Below, one piece after another: positions 1 through 12,055 of a stretch of DNA of 64,000 nucleotides. Source of the stretch: Octopus sinensis (taxonomy: Eukaryota); contig NC_043021.1 of assembly GCF_006345805.1 (NCBI RefSeq), positions 12,462,001 through 12,526,000 of the forward strand, read 5' to 3'. The notes below the pieces were generated by a model that did no database searches, was not told where the DNA came from, and was given only the letters and a program-made list of their open reading frames with translations. Position numbers and translations under genes: made by a program. Position 1 is the first letter of the stretch; every line of letters begins with the position of its first letter.

Positions 1-336
1 GTACAGTACTGTAGGTATCTGATTTTATCTTAAAATGTTGATAATAAAGGTTTAAAATTATTTGACTGCCTTCAAGCACGATTAAAAGAAAAAGCCACAA
101 ATAGAAGAAAAACGAATCAAGCAAATTTACCTGAACTGTCATAGCAACAACAACAACAACAACAACAACACCTGCAACAATAACAAAAGCACACTGACAT
201 CAAAAATAAGTTTTATTTGTAACAAATAATAAACATTAAACAGACACAAATGATTTCTAAGCACGAAAATACACATTTATTATTAGTGCCCCAGGGTAAG
301 TGTGTGTGTGTCACATATATATATATATATATATAT

Positions 337-540
337 AACGGGAAGCTTTATGAAAATAAACAAAAGACGAAGGCAGGTGGAAAACAAACGAACAATTGTA
401 TTAGTATGGCGCTCAGGAAATATAAATAAGACAAGTCTTTAACGTTTCGAGCCTACGCTCTTCAACAGAAAGATACACAGAGAGAGAAAAACACAGAAAG
501 AAGGAGAGAAAAAAAATGCGTGCAGTAGCTAACGAATCAA
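337..540 (-). mobile_element. Penelope-like element terminus containing a hammerhead motif
   Basis: Contains ctgttgaagagcgtaggctcgaaacgtt on the minus strand. A related copy lies at about 59840-60030 (+). Confidence 0.6.
436..473 (-). ncRNA. Minimal type-I hammerhead ribozyme-like motif (A6U core variant)
   Basis: UCUUU-CUGUUGA-A-GAGC(GUAG)GCUC-GAAAC-GUU-AAAGA: stems I and II pair perfectly and stem III is the palindromic ACGU. Confidence 0.65.
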
Positions 541-789
541 CTTACATACATTGTGTATGTGTGTGTATATATATATATATATACATACATTGTGTGTGCG
601 CGCGTGTGTGTATATATATATATATATTTATTGAACTGGATAAATGAATTATCTTGTTACGGATTATTCAAAATTATAACCGATACCTGGGTAGCAAAAA
701 TCACAACAGAAAAATATATATACATACATGTTTATCTGTATATCTATATATGTGTATATATATATGTGTGTGTGTGTGTGTGTACATAT

Positions 790-2106
790 ATCATCATTAT
801 CATCATCATCAATTAACGTCCGTTTTCCATGCTGGCATGGGTTAGACGCTTTGACTAAGGCCTGGAAAGCCAGCAGCTGCACCAAGCTCCAATCTGATCT
901 AGCAAAGTTTCTACAGTTGGATGCCCTTCGTAATGCCAACCACTCCGAGAGTGTTGAGGGTGCTTTTTACATGCCACCAGCACAGGTGTCAGTTAGGCGG
1001 GCCTGGCAATGATTATGTTCAGGTGGTGCTTTTTACTTGCCACCGGCATGGGAGCCAGTCAGGCAGACCTGGTGTCGACCACATTCAGATGGTGCTTTTT
1101 ACATGCCACTAGCACGGGAGCTAGTCAGGCGTCACTAGGTCTTCTCAAGCATATCATATTACCCAATGCATCAGGGGTATTCTTAACAGAGAGAGTGACA
1201 CTTCCTCAGACAGCTGTCTTCATTCATGCGTAACACATGGCCATACCAGTGCAGTTGCCTCTCTTGCACACCACATTTGATGCTTCTTATGCCCAACTTT
1301 TCTTTAGGGTGCTTGCACTCGCTCGTGTATGCACACTGACATTACACATCCAACGGATCATACTAAGCTTCATTTCTTTCAAACCTACACATGTCTTTAG
1401 CATTCGTGGCCCATATCTCACTGTCATGTAGCATGGCAGTTCACACACGTGCATCATATGATCTGCCTTTCACCCTGAGTGAGAGGCCCTTTATTGCCAG
1501 CAGAGTTAGGAGCTCCCTGAACTTTGCCCAGGCTATTCTTACTCTAGTCACGACACTCTCAGAGCAACTGCCCCCACTACAGACTTGGTCACCAAGGTAG
1601 CAGAATCTATTAACTACTTCTAGTTTCTCCCACAGGCATGTGATGGAATCTGTTTTCTGTAAATCTTCAGTGTTTATTGCCTCAGTGCATCTGCCACACA
1701 CAAAAACTATTTTCCCAGTTAACCTTCCTTTGATATTGCTGCACCTTTTATGTATCCATAGCTTACACTGGGTACATCATATGGAGTTTCTACCCATGCC
1801 TTTGCTACAGATCAAGCAGAGCCATCTACCTGAATGGTGTTGTGATTTGACAGCCTTCCTACTTACTAAGACTTTGGTTTGGGCTAGGTTAACCCTAAAG
1901 CCCTTCAATTCTAAACCTTGCTTCCACACCCTAAACTTCATCTCCAGTTCTGGCAGTGACTCGGTTATTAGAGCAAGTTCCCAAGGGCAACCTATCTTGA
2001 ATTCCTCTGTTATTGCCTGGAGGACTATAATGAATAAGACGGGGCTGAGAACTGATCCTTGGTGAACCCCTACTTCTACTTGGAATTCTTCACTATACTT
2101 GTTGCC
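790..2106 (-). mobile_element. 5'-truncated RTE-clade LINE (RT C-terminal half, 3' UTR and (GAT)n tail), frameshifted
   Basis: Peptides GVHQGSVLSPVLFIIV and LEVVNRFCYLGD...RVRIAWAKFRELL. The 3' UTR is the same as in many short copies across the window. Confidence 0.9.
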
Positions 2107-2162
2107 ATATATATATATATATGGACATATATATATACATACATATATATATATATATATAT

Positions 2163-2210
<48 letters not shown>

Positions 2211-2823
2211 GTGTATGTGCATGTATGTGTGTGCATACATATATGTGTGTGTGTATGTATGTATATATATATGTGTGTGTGTGTGTATACATATATATGT
2301 TTTCATATATATATATATGTGTGTGTATATGTGTATATATGAATATATTTGTATATGTGTATGTATATGTGTGTGTGTGTGTATGTATATATATATATAG
2401 GTATATATATATATGCATTGTATAGTTGTATGTATGTCAAGTTTGTTGGTGATGTAGGAAAAATACATGATTGAGAAAAAAGACGAAACACAACAGAGCA
2501 ACAACAAAAGCAAAGACCTTCTCTCCAGACCCCCCCACTACCTCCCAACCCCCTCAATAATCAAGTTTGTAGTTCAGTTGTTCATGGTATTTATGCTAAC
2601 GAAGAAAAACTAAAATAAAATAAATGAAAAGGAAAAAACAAAACAAAAATCTTGTGGGGCGTGAGGAAAGAGAGAGAGAAAACCATTGACTTTCTCTAAT
2701 TGCTGTACAGGTGGTGGGGAAAGGGATGGGTGTACACATACGTGTGTGTGTGTGTGTTGTGTGTGTGTGTGTGTGTGTGACCGCATATATAAATATATGT
2801 TTGTGTGTGTGTATATCAGTATA

Positions 2824-2892
<69 letters not shown>

Positions 2893-2922
2893 ATATATAA
2901 CATATATATACATATACTTATA

Positions 2923-2973
<51 letters not shown>

Positions 2974-4010
2974 ATATACATATACATATATATATACATA
3001 TACATATATATATATACATATATATATATACATTATATATATATATATATATATATATATAGATATATAGATATATATACATACATATATATAATACGGT
3101 CAGTTTGTTCGGACTAACGGCAGTGCTCCAGCATGGCCACAGTCAGTGACTGGAACAAGTAAGAGAATAACAGAATATGGCTTGCCATCTTCACTCAAAC
3201 TGTCTAACAAGTGCCAGTATGGAAAATGGTCGTTAAATGGTGGTGGTGGCGGTGGTGATGGGGCTGCTGCTACAGCTGGTGGTGGTGGTGGTGGTGCTGG
3301 TGGTGAGTCTGTGTACTCATGTTGGCATGTGTGTATGTATTTGTATGTGAGTGTGTGCATGTGTGTTTATATTTGTTGTATGTAATATGTCTGTGTGTGT
3401 GGTGTGTGTGTGTGTCGCTATTTTGCCTGTGTGTCAGTGTATGAGCATGTGTACGTGTATGTATATGTGTGTATGTCTGTGGCCATGGTGTGTGTGTATG
3501 CATGTGTGCATGTATGCGTTAGTTCTTTGTGTGTAAGTGCGTGTGTTGTGTGTGATATGTCTGTGTGTGTGTGTGTCCGTGACTGTGTGCACCAAATAAT
3601 AGCTATTGTTCCCAGTTCAATAGTACTACCTGACTTATATACTCTGTGTATATGCATGTGTGTGTGTGTCACAACATTCCCTTCAGCTTAAACACCCTCA
3701 CCACCTAACCACCATCACTACCACCAGCAACACTACCAGCATTGTTTTGATTACACTTACACTTCCACCAGTGCCACCACCACTACCATTTATCACCATC
3801 ACTACCACTGCCACCACCACCATCATCATCACCACCACAACCATTACCAACATTACTACTGCCACAACCACCACCACCACCATCATCACCATCACCACCA
3901 CCATCACCAACATTACTACTGCCGCAACCACCACCACCACTACCACCATCATCACCACCATCATCTACCACCACCACCACCACCATCATCACCACCACCA
4001 TCACCTTCAT
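2107..4010. repeat. Block of compound microsatellites: (TA)n/(TG)n, (GGT)n, (CAC/CAT)n
   Basis: Directly visible; this block is the source of many spurious YI/VC/H-rich ORFs. Confidence 0.97.
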
Positions 4011-5107
4011 CATACACATGACAACACACACACTTTGACACATACATACCTAGAGCCATGTACATAAACACACTCATGCCACCTCACACCTACAATAGTT
4101 TCTTTCCCAGGTTTTGTTGTTATTTAAGCCTGAGCAAACCTATAGCCAGAGTTGTTCCAGCCATGACCCTCCTATGATTTTCCTATGAAATATACTGCTG
4201 TCATTTCTAGTGGTGCAAGCGACCACATAGAAATTCTGTTGGGTTATTGTGACTGCTGGATTGTTTTTGTTGTTGTTGTTGTTGCTTAACCACAGGTCAA
4301 TCCCAAGCTTACAAACTATTGATCAAAGGTATTCCAGCCATGCCCATCATCTTTCCAGTCAGCTGAACGAACACAAAGAAGTAATAAGACACTTGTCTGA
4401 GATGCCATGCAGCAGGATTGAACCTGGGACTTCAAGAAAGCAAAATGAACCTCAATAATCAATTGACTATATTACATCTCTCCAGCATTTTCATAATGAT
4501 TCCAGCCATCGCTTCATTAAGCACCCCCTCCCATCGATACCCTTCATATTGTGTTGCTTAAATCGCTGGAAATTCATGAATTAACAAACAAAATATCTTG
4601 TATGAAAGCCCATTGCATGTGCGTGTGTGTGACTTATTTCTCTTTCCTATACCCAATCCATTTTACTAAGTTGTGCCCCTCTCACATTCTAATCTAAGTT
4701 TTGCTCCTATTCTTTTTATGCCCTCTTCAATAAGAAAAATATACTGTACCTATTGGTAACTGATTCTTGTATGTATTGGCTCTCCTAACCATTTAGACCC
4801 TCTGAAGAAGCCTAGAGGCACACTCAGCATCCAAACTTTATCTACCCATCCCTACTGTACACTGAAGGGATGGAGATAGCATGGAGGATATCGTGGCCTC
4901 TTGGCAGAAACGGTCACAAGCAACTGATATTTTGCTCTTTTATGTATTACTAGTACATATGTGTGTAACACACAGTCTTTGCATGTGTTGGTATTCTTAT
5001 GATACTTCCTTATGTTTTAGAATAAATAGACATAATAGAATGTCTACCGGCTGATGTATGTCATTTTTGTATCCCCTCCATTTTCTTTTTTGATATATAT
5101 ATATATA

Positions 5108-5500
5108 TCATCATCATCATCATCATTTAACGTCCGTTTTCCATGCTAGCACGGGTTGGACGGTTCAACCGGGGTCTGGGAAGCCAGGAGGCTGCACCAG
5201 GCTCCAGTCTGATCTGGCAGTGTTTCTACAGCTGGATGCCCTTCCTAACGCCAACCACTCCGTGAGTGTAGTGGATGCTTTTTACATGCCACTGGCACAG
5301 GGGAGGCTGGCAACAGCCATGATCGGTTGGTGCCTTTTATGTGCCACCGGCACAGAAGCCAGTCAAGGCAGCGCTGGCATTGGCCACGTTCGGATGGTGC
5401 TTTTTACGTGCCACCGGCACAGGTATCACAATTACAATTTCCATTTGATTTTTATTTTGATGTTGATGTACTTGACACAATAGGTCTAACCAATTGCAGT
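5108..5500 (-). mobile_element. RTE-3'-UTR-derived short element (representative); other copies at about 11655-12140 +, 16110-16355 -, 17170-17515 +, 27390-27660 +, 30070-30280 +, 38825-39100 -, 43370-43800 -, 50037-50310 -, 52050-52430 -, 52480-52650 +, 60610-61100 -
   Basis: Shared core ttaacgtccgttttccatgctagcatgggttggacg...cagctggatgcccttcctaacgccaaccactcc...gtgctttttacgtgccaccggcac with a (TCA)n/(GAT)n tail. Confidence 0.9.
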
Positions 5501-5808
5501 GCAGAAGATGTTTGTAAGCCATTCAAGAACACACAAAAACCATTGGTTTCACTTCAACGTTTAAATTTAATTTGTGTCAAAATATTTTCACCGCCTTGAA
5601 ACTGCAACCTATTCACTGGCAAAACTTCATGCTGCAAGGCTGTGTGGTAAGAAGCATGCTCTGTGGTAAGAAGCATGCTTCCCAATCACATGGTTCCAGG
5701 TTCAGTCCCACTGTGTGGCACCTTGGGCAAATGTCTTCTACTATAGCCTCAGGTTGACTAAAGCCTTGTGAGGGGATTTGGTAGACAGAAACTGAAAGAA
5801 GCCTGTCC

Positions 5809-5855
<47 letters not shown>

Positions 5856-6108
5856 GTGTGTATGTGAGTTTATGTGTGCATCCCCCACCATCACTTGACA
5901 ACCAATGTTGGGGTGTTTATGTCCCTGTAACTTAGCAGTTCGGCAAAAGAGACCGATAGAATAAGTACTAGGCTTACAAAGAATAAGTCCTGGGAGTCGA
6001 TTTGCTCGACTAAAGGTTGTGCTCCAGCATGGCCGCAGTCAAATGACTGAAACAAGTAAAATAATAAAAGAATAGATAAATGAAGAACTTTGGGTTTCTG
6101 TTTTGCAG

Positions 6109-6344
6109 ATTTATCAGAGAATTGAAACAGTTGAAAACTACCGCAGATTATTCATCCTGTGACAACACTCGGCTGAATGACTGGCTACGAGAAATCTCCG
6201 AAGAGTTTTCGCTCTACACCTATCAGATGCTGCGCTGTGGCATTGACAAGACAGTGCTGCCTACAGTGAGTGAAGACGAGCTGGAGAGGGAGTGCTGCAT
6301 CACCAACAGTATTCATCGACGAAAGATAATGGACCATATCAAAA
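6109..6344 (+). CDS. SARM1: SARM1 internal exon, second SAM domain (FIRELKQLKTTADYSSCD...HRRKIMDHIK); upstream exons not found in the window
   Basis: Acceptor ttttgcAG at 6107-6108, donor GTAAGC at 6345. The translation matches recalled SARM1 SAM2 ([26 protein letters not shown]...YTYGLVSCGLDR). Phase fits the next exon. Confidence 0.95.
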
Positions 6345-9300
6345 GTAAGCATCTTTGTCATGTTGTTGTTGTTGTTGTTTTGGGCCAGGTCATCTCCCTG
6401 GTCATGGTTGGAATGCCTTTCATGTCTTGTTATTTTTTTCGTCAAATGTGTCCTTCCTTGTTTTTTTGGGGTTTTTTTTTTTAAGATAGTGACAATGAAA
6501 TCTTGTTCATGAGGGAGATTCTTTGGATATTTCTAGCACATGGTTTCAAATTCAAGTCCACTACATGGTACTTTGGGCTAGTGTCTTCTAGTAAAGCCTT
6601 GGGCCAAAGCCTTGTGAGTGGATTTGGTTGACGGAAACTGGGAAAAGTTCATCACATGCGTGTGTGTGTGTGTAATATATATATATACATAGAGAGAGAT
6701 AGATAGATAGATAGATCTATAGTGCCTTCTCTCTATATAGTAGGAGACACTTGCCCAAGATGCCACGCAGTGGGACTGAACCAGGGACCATGTGGTTAGT
6801 AAGGAAGCTACTTACCACACAGCCACACCTGCGCCTATAACAATCTATGAATGTTTTTTTTTTTTTTCAGCTGAACAACCAACACAAAGGATTTGTTTAC
6901 GCTGATCAAATTTATGCGCTGTACATTAGCTCCTTTGTTCCATTACTTCAACATTGTCTGAACAGGTGCACGTTGTATAGTAGACAACACTTGCCATCAG
7001 GTTTTGAAGTGATTGCAGAGCAAAATGAGATTAAATGTTTTGCTCAGGAGCACAACACACCTCCCAGTCCAGGAATTGAAACCACGATCACATGATTTTG
7101 AGTGCAACACCCTCACCCCTCGGCCATGCACCTTCACACACACAGGCAAGTTCTTTCTTCTATAGCGTTAGGTTGACCAAAGCTTTGTGAGTGACTTTGG
7201 GACATGGAAACTGGAAGAAGCTTGTTGTGAGTGCCACATTCTAACCACTAGGCCAGGGCGTCGGCAACCTATAGCACGCATGCCATGTGTGGCATGTGGA
7301 CCAATTCACAATGGCACGCACGCCTCTTGGCAAAAAATAAGCGTAAATTTTTGTTTATAACTCCATTATCAAAAAGCTACCAATGCCTGCACTCAGCCAT
7401 GCGCCCTCACATGCACACACAATGGGCGTCTTTCAATTTTCATGTCCCCAAAACCACTCACAAAGCTTTGGTCAGCCTGAGGCTGTAGAAGAAGGAACTT
7501 GCTCGAGGTGCCCTGCAGTGGGACTGAATCCAAAATCACATAGTTTGGCACCAAACTCCTTCTGCATACAGCCATGCGTGTACATGTATGTATGTATGTA
7601 ATTATGTGTATAACACAAAATTGAGCTAAGGGAAATAACTCAGAGTAGCCAATCGCCAGTGGCCTGAAGTCGGACGACAAAAACATAGATATATTAATAC
7701 CCATAGAAAATAAATTTTTACTCTGTGGAAATTCTATCCCCTTTGAGAGAAGGTGAATTAGTGCGGTGGCAAATGTAACTCACCCTGGATGAAAAAGGGA
7801 GATAATCTCGAACACCAACATGCTCCAGTATATGTTTGTGTGTCTATGTTTGTCCCCTCCCCCTGCCAACATCGCTTGACAACCGATGCTGGGGTGTTTG
7901 TGTCCCTGTAACTTAGCAGATTGGCAAGAGAGACCGATAGAATAAGTACTAGGCTTACAAAGAATAAGTCCTGGGGGTCGATTTGCTCGACTAAAGGCAG
8001 TGCTCCAGCATGGCCACAGTCAAATGACTGAAACAAATATAAGAAAAAAGAAAAAAAATTTTAATTTTTCAAATTAAAAAATAACCCCCCCTCCCCTCTT
8101 TCTAAAATAGCAGACGTAAAAAAGTATCTAAACAGAAAACTCGATGTGCTAGAAACAACTGCTAAACGACAAATCATGTTTTCAGAATTTTTATTTACCC
8201 CACCACCATTTTTTTCTTTGCCAGAGGGGTAGAGAGGGGGAAAATTAAAATTTTGAAAATGTGTTCTGGGGGTTTTCAAAATCTTCAATTTATATGTACG
8301 CTCCAATCAGAACGTCCGACAAGCTAGAAACAATAGCCAAACCAAAGATCTACTTTTCTAAATATGAAAATTTTGAAATGCCGATTTTTTTTCTACAGAT
8401 TCGGAATCCCCACAGTTGAAAAGGTGGGTTTCTGTAGAAAAAAAAAAGAAATAGCCGAAAGAGGGTGCAGTCCATATCCTTTACCTCTGCCTTCATCTGT
8501 CTTTACATTCTGAGTTTAAATTACTATATTTTAATGTGTATAAAAAACCCTCATGTATAAGAAACCCCCTAATTTGGGGGGGCTTAAAATTTGGGAAAAA
8601 GGTTTTGTAAGGGATTACAATACTATGCATGTATATGAAACTCCCATATATTTTTAACTTAATTTTTTTTTTAAAAAAGGGTTCCTTATGCATGTTGAAA
8701 TACGGTGTTTGTTTTTTTTGATATCACTGGAATTAAGATGTCCAACTGGCAGAATCGTTAGCACACAAGACAGAATGCTTAGCGACATTTCGTCTGTCTT
8801 TACATTCTGAGTTCAAATTCTGCCAAGGTTGATTTTGCATTTCATTCTTTGGGGGTCTATAAAATAAGTACTAGTTGAATACTGGGGGTGGTCGATGTAA
8901 ATTGACTTACCCCCTGCCCTGAAATTATTAGCCTTGTGCCAAAATTTGAAATCAGTATTACTGAAGCTTTTAACAAGGCAAACTGGACAGAATAGTTAGC
9001 ATGCTGGGCAGAATGCTTAGTGGCATTTCATCCGTCTTTATGTTCTGAGTTCAAATTCATCCCGGTCATTACAGTGGGTGACCACATGTGATTTCTAATC
9101 AGCTTAATTTAGTTATTATAAGTATTTTATCGTTAAGAGACTTGATTCTTGCTACAATAAATATTTTGACACAAACTTTATTGTTGTCTTTTCCATGTAG
9201 TAAATGGCAATGACTAAATGACTTGGTAACATGTAGCATACTCTTGCATGGTGCTTATATAGTTGTGAGCAGACACCCTCTTGACTCTCCCAGTCCTATG

Positions 9301-9709
9301 ACCCAGTGATATATGTGACAGCTGTGGGAGAGAAAGAGAGAGAGAGAGTGAGGGAGAGAGAGGGAGGGAGAGATGCACACGTACCAGGCTGGTACTCATT
9401 TCTAGCTGAGTAGACTGGAGTGACATGGAATGAAGTCCCTTGCTCAATAATGCAACAGATCTCCCAGTATAGGAATTGAACTCACAACATTATGATGGTG
9501 AACCAAGCACCCTAACTACTAAGCCACAAATTTTCACATGTGTGTATGTGTGTACCATCCATTTCATGCCAGCATGGAAAGCTGACTTAAAACAATAAGA
9601 GGAGGATGGGCTTCCATACAGTTTCCAGCTATTGAATATTACGTACAAGGCATTAGTCAGTTTGAGGCTATAATAGAAATGACATTGCTGAAGATGCTAC
9701 ACAGTGGGA

Positions 9710-9990
9710 TGTGTGGCCTGCTCATTAAATTAACGATGCAAGTGGCTGAGTACTCCACAGACATGTGCATCCTTAATGTGGTTCTCAGGGAGATTTAGGA
9801 GTGACATGGAATGTGACAAGGCTGGCCCTTTGAAATACAGGTACTACTCCCTTCCGCCAGCTGAGTGGACTGGGGCAACAAGAAATAAAGTGTCTTTACT
9901 CAACAACAGAACATGCTGACAGGTATTGAACTCACGACCTTTAGAGTGTAAGCCAAACACCCTAACCACTAAGCCATGCACCTTCACACA
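9710..9990 (-). mobile_element. Another tRNA-derived SINE family; parts also at about 6990-7135, 9380-9535 and 16730-16870
   Basis: Shared gccagctgagtggactgg...ttgctca...ttgaactcac...ctaaccactaagcc (tRNA-like head on the minus strand). Confidence 0.65.
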
Positions 9991-10767
9991 GTGGGGTGTA
10001 ACTTGAAGACATGTAGTCGCTTACAGCTAACTGTTGCTGAGTAGGTGGGGCAGGGGGCACCATGTGGTGAAGTGGCAAGCATCCTAGTTTCTGGGTTTCC
10101 CTTTGCTTATATTTCTTCTTGGAAGAATTCTAGCTCCAAGTGTCAGAAGAACCATTTGAATCATTAGTTGTTTTTTCTGCTCTGTTCTGCCATGCGTCTA
10201 GCAAATCTGGTGGGGCTTTTTTTGCAGACTGGTTTGGCATGTTTTGCTTGGCACGACCGAGACAGACGTCTCTTCCTTTTGTTTTCTGTTTTTTGGGTTT
10301 TTTTATAATTTTTAATATCAATATCTTGTTAACCGAACCATGAAATAGGATTGGCAACGGCAGGAGGAGAGGGCGTTTTTTTTCCACCCCACCCCCACCC
10401 CTTGCTCTGTCGATTGAAACTAGTCGCACCATAATCTAATCTGCCATGGGTGAGGAACACAATGCCAAAGCAACACCTCCACAGGTACGTATTCAACCTT
10501 TGGCAAGTGGGAAACAGGTGTCAATAAATCCAATATGGAAACCACTTTGGCATTGCATAATTTATTTGTTTTCTGATGTTGTGTTTGATGGGGAGGGGGA
10601 TGAGGGAATTAACACCTTTCTTTTACGTTTTTACTATCATGTCCACCGTTGTTTGGTAAATGTATTATTTGCTTTAGTTCAGTAATAATTTATTAATTAT
10701 CTAACATGTCTGTTTTCTCTCTCTCTCTCTTTCTCTCACTCTCTCATTCTCTCTCTCTTTTCTACAG

Positions 10768-10891
10768 TGTTAACAATGCCAAATTCACAGTTTACCACCA
10801 TAGATGAGGACCCAAGCGACATACGCCGGGTACAAAAGAAAATCGATGTGTTTATCAGCTACAGAAGATCAAATGGTTCACAGCTTGCAAG
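10768..10891 (+). CDS. SARM1: SARM1 exon, SAM-TIR linker and TIR start (MLTMPNSQFTT...KKIDVFISYRRSNGSQLAS)
   Basis: Long pyrimidine tract plus tacAG acceptor, donor GTAGAT at 10892. DVFISYRRxxGSQLAS is the SARM1 TIR box 1. Phase 1 in, phase 2 out. Confidence 0.95.
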
Positions 10892-11311
10892 GTAGATAGA
10901 TCAATCAGACTGGGTTATTGGCATGATGCATACTAAATGTTTGTGTGCATGTACCTGTGTGTGTGCGTGTGTGTGTGTGTGTGAATTTAGGATTTGGTGG
11001 TGCAGAGTGAAAAATAAAAAAACAAAAAGGAAAAAAGGAAATTTGATGGGTTGGGGGGGGGGGGGGCGAACTATTAACTCTTTTATCTCCATATTTCTGT
11101 TGTGATACACCTTTGTTTTAATATCGTGTGTTAAGTTAAGGCAGTGCCAGGGTGAGTATACCTTGTCACTTCACCACTTTTCTCTCACCTGCTCTTTCTT
11201 GCACTTTTGCTATTTCCCACTCTCTCTCTCTTTCTCTCTCTCTCGTCCCTCTGGCTGGGTGGCCATGTATCTCCTCTACAACAGCCTACCTGTTTCTGAC
11301 CTCATTCTTGA

Positions 11312-11343
<32 letters not shown>

Positions 11344-11399
11344 TCTTGCTTTCCCTCGGGTTAGGTAACCAAGTATCTTCTTTACATCAGCACACCTGT

Positions 11400-11454
11400 T
11401 TCTGTATTCTTTCTTGTCACCTCTCTCTCCTCTCTCTCTCTCACTCTCTCTCTC

Positions 11455-11532
<78 letters not shown>

Positions 11533-11535
11533 GGC
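11400..11535 (+). repeat. (CT)n microsatellite; other simple repeats at 12310-12800 (GGT)n, 18775-19195 (TA/CA)n and 45735-45815 (AAT)n
   Basis: Directly visible. Confidence 0.97.
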
Positions 11536-11741
11536 TGGGTAACCATGTACCTCCTCTGTAGCAACACTCCTGTTTCAGCTTCTGTCACCTTTCATCATCT
11601 GACACCAGATCACCTCCTCAGATGCCCCTGCCCCCTCTCGAAATCCCTTTTCTTGCAAGTTACTTGGTGACCCTGCCGGTGTTTGTGCCAGGTAGAAAGC
11701 GCATCCAGTCCACACTGTAAAGTGGTTGGCATATGGAAGAA

Positions 11742-12055
11742 CATCCAGCCGTAAAAACCATGCCCAAACCGACCTCGCCTGTGCTGGTGTCACATAAAAA
11801 GTGCTCAGCCCACTCTGCAAAGTAGTTGGTGTTAAGAAGGGCATCCAGCTGTAAAAACCATGCCCAAACCGACCTTGCCTGTGCTGGTGTCACATAAAAA
11901 GTGCTCAGCCTACTCTGCAAAGTAGTTGGTGTTAAGAAGGGCATCCAGCTGTAAAAACCATGCCCAAACCGACCTCGCCTGTGCTGGTGCCACATAAAAA
12001 GTGCTCAGCCCACTCTGCAAAGTAGTTGGTGTTAAGAAGGGCATCCAGCTGTAAA
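11742..12055 (+). repeat. 100-bp tandem repeat x3 within an RTE-UTR element
   Basis: tgcccaaaccgac recurs at 11761, 11861 and 11961. The units differ by only 1-2 nt. Confidence 0.95.

Noticed and set aside
1640-2065. 141-aa + strand ORF
   Set aside because: Antisense shadow of the RTE reverse-transcriptase frame.
553-4067. Numerous 60-210 aa ORFs rich in Y/I, V/C, H/T
   Set aside because: They are translations of (TA)n, (TG)n and (CAC)n microsatellites. The same applies to ORFs at 18721-19351, 20537-21380, 22061-22451, 27549-27990, 29290-29805 and 56304-56714.
8040-8700. AT-rich unique-looking segment with ORFs 8061-8306 and 8493-8693
   Set aside because: Homopolymer-rich with no motif. 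Probably decayed DNA-transposon interior and possibly error-prone sequence.
10446-10490. ATG...CAG|GTACGT mini-exon (MGEEHNAKATPPQ) as the start of a TIR-only SARM1 isoform
   Set aside because: It ends in phase 0 and gives an immediate stop with the real acceptor at 10768. It would need a weak internal acceptor at 10790, and there is no other support.
11742-12055. Regular repeats as a CRISPR-like array (also 57284-57463 and 30423-32005)
   Set aside because: No unique spacers, eukaryotic context, and the units derive from retroposons.
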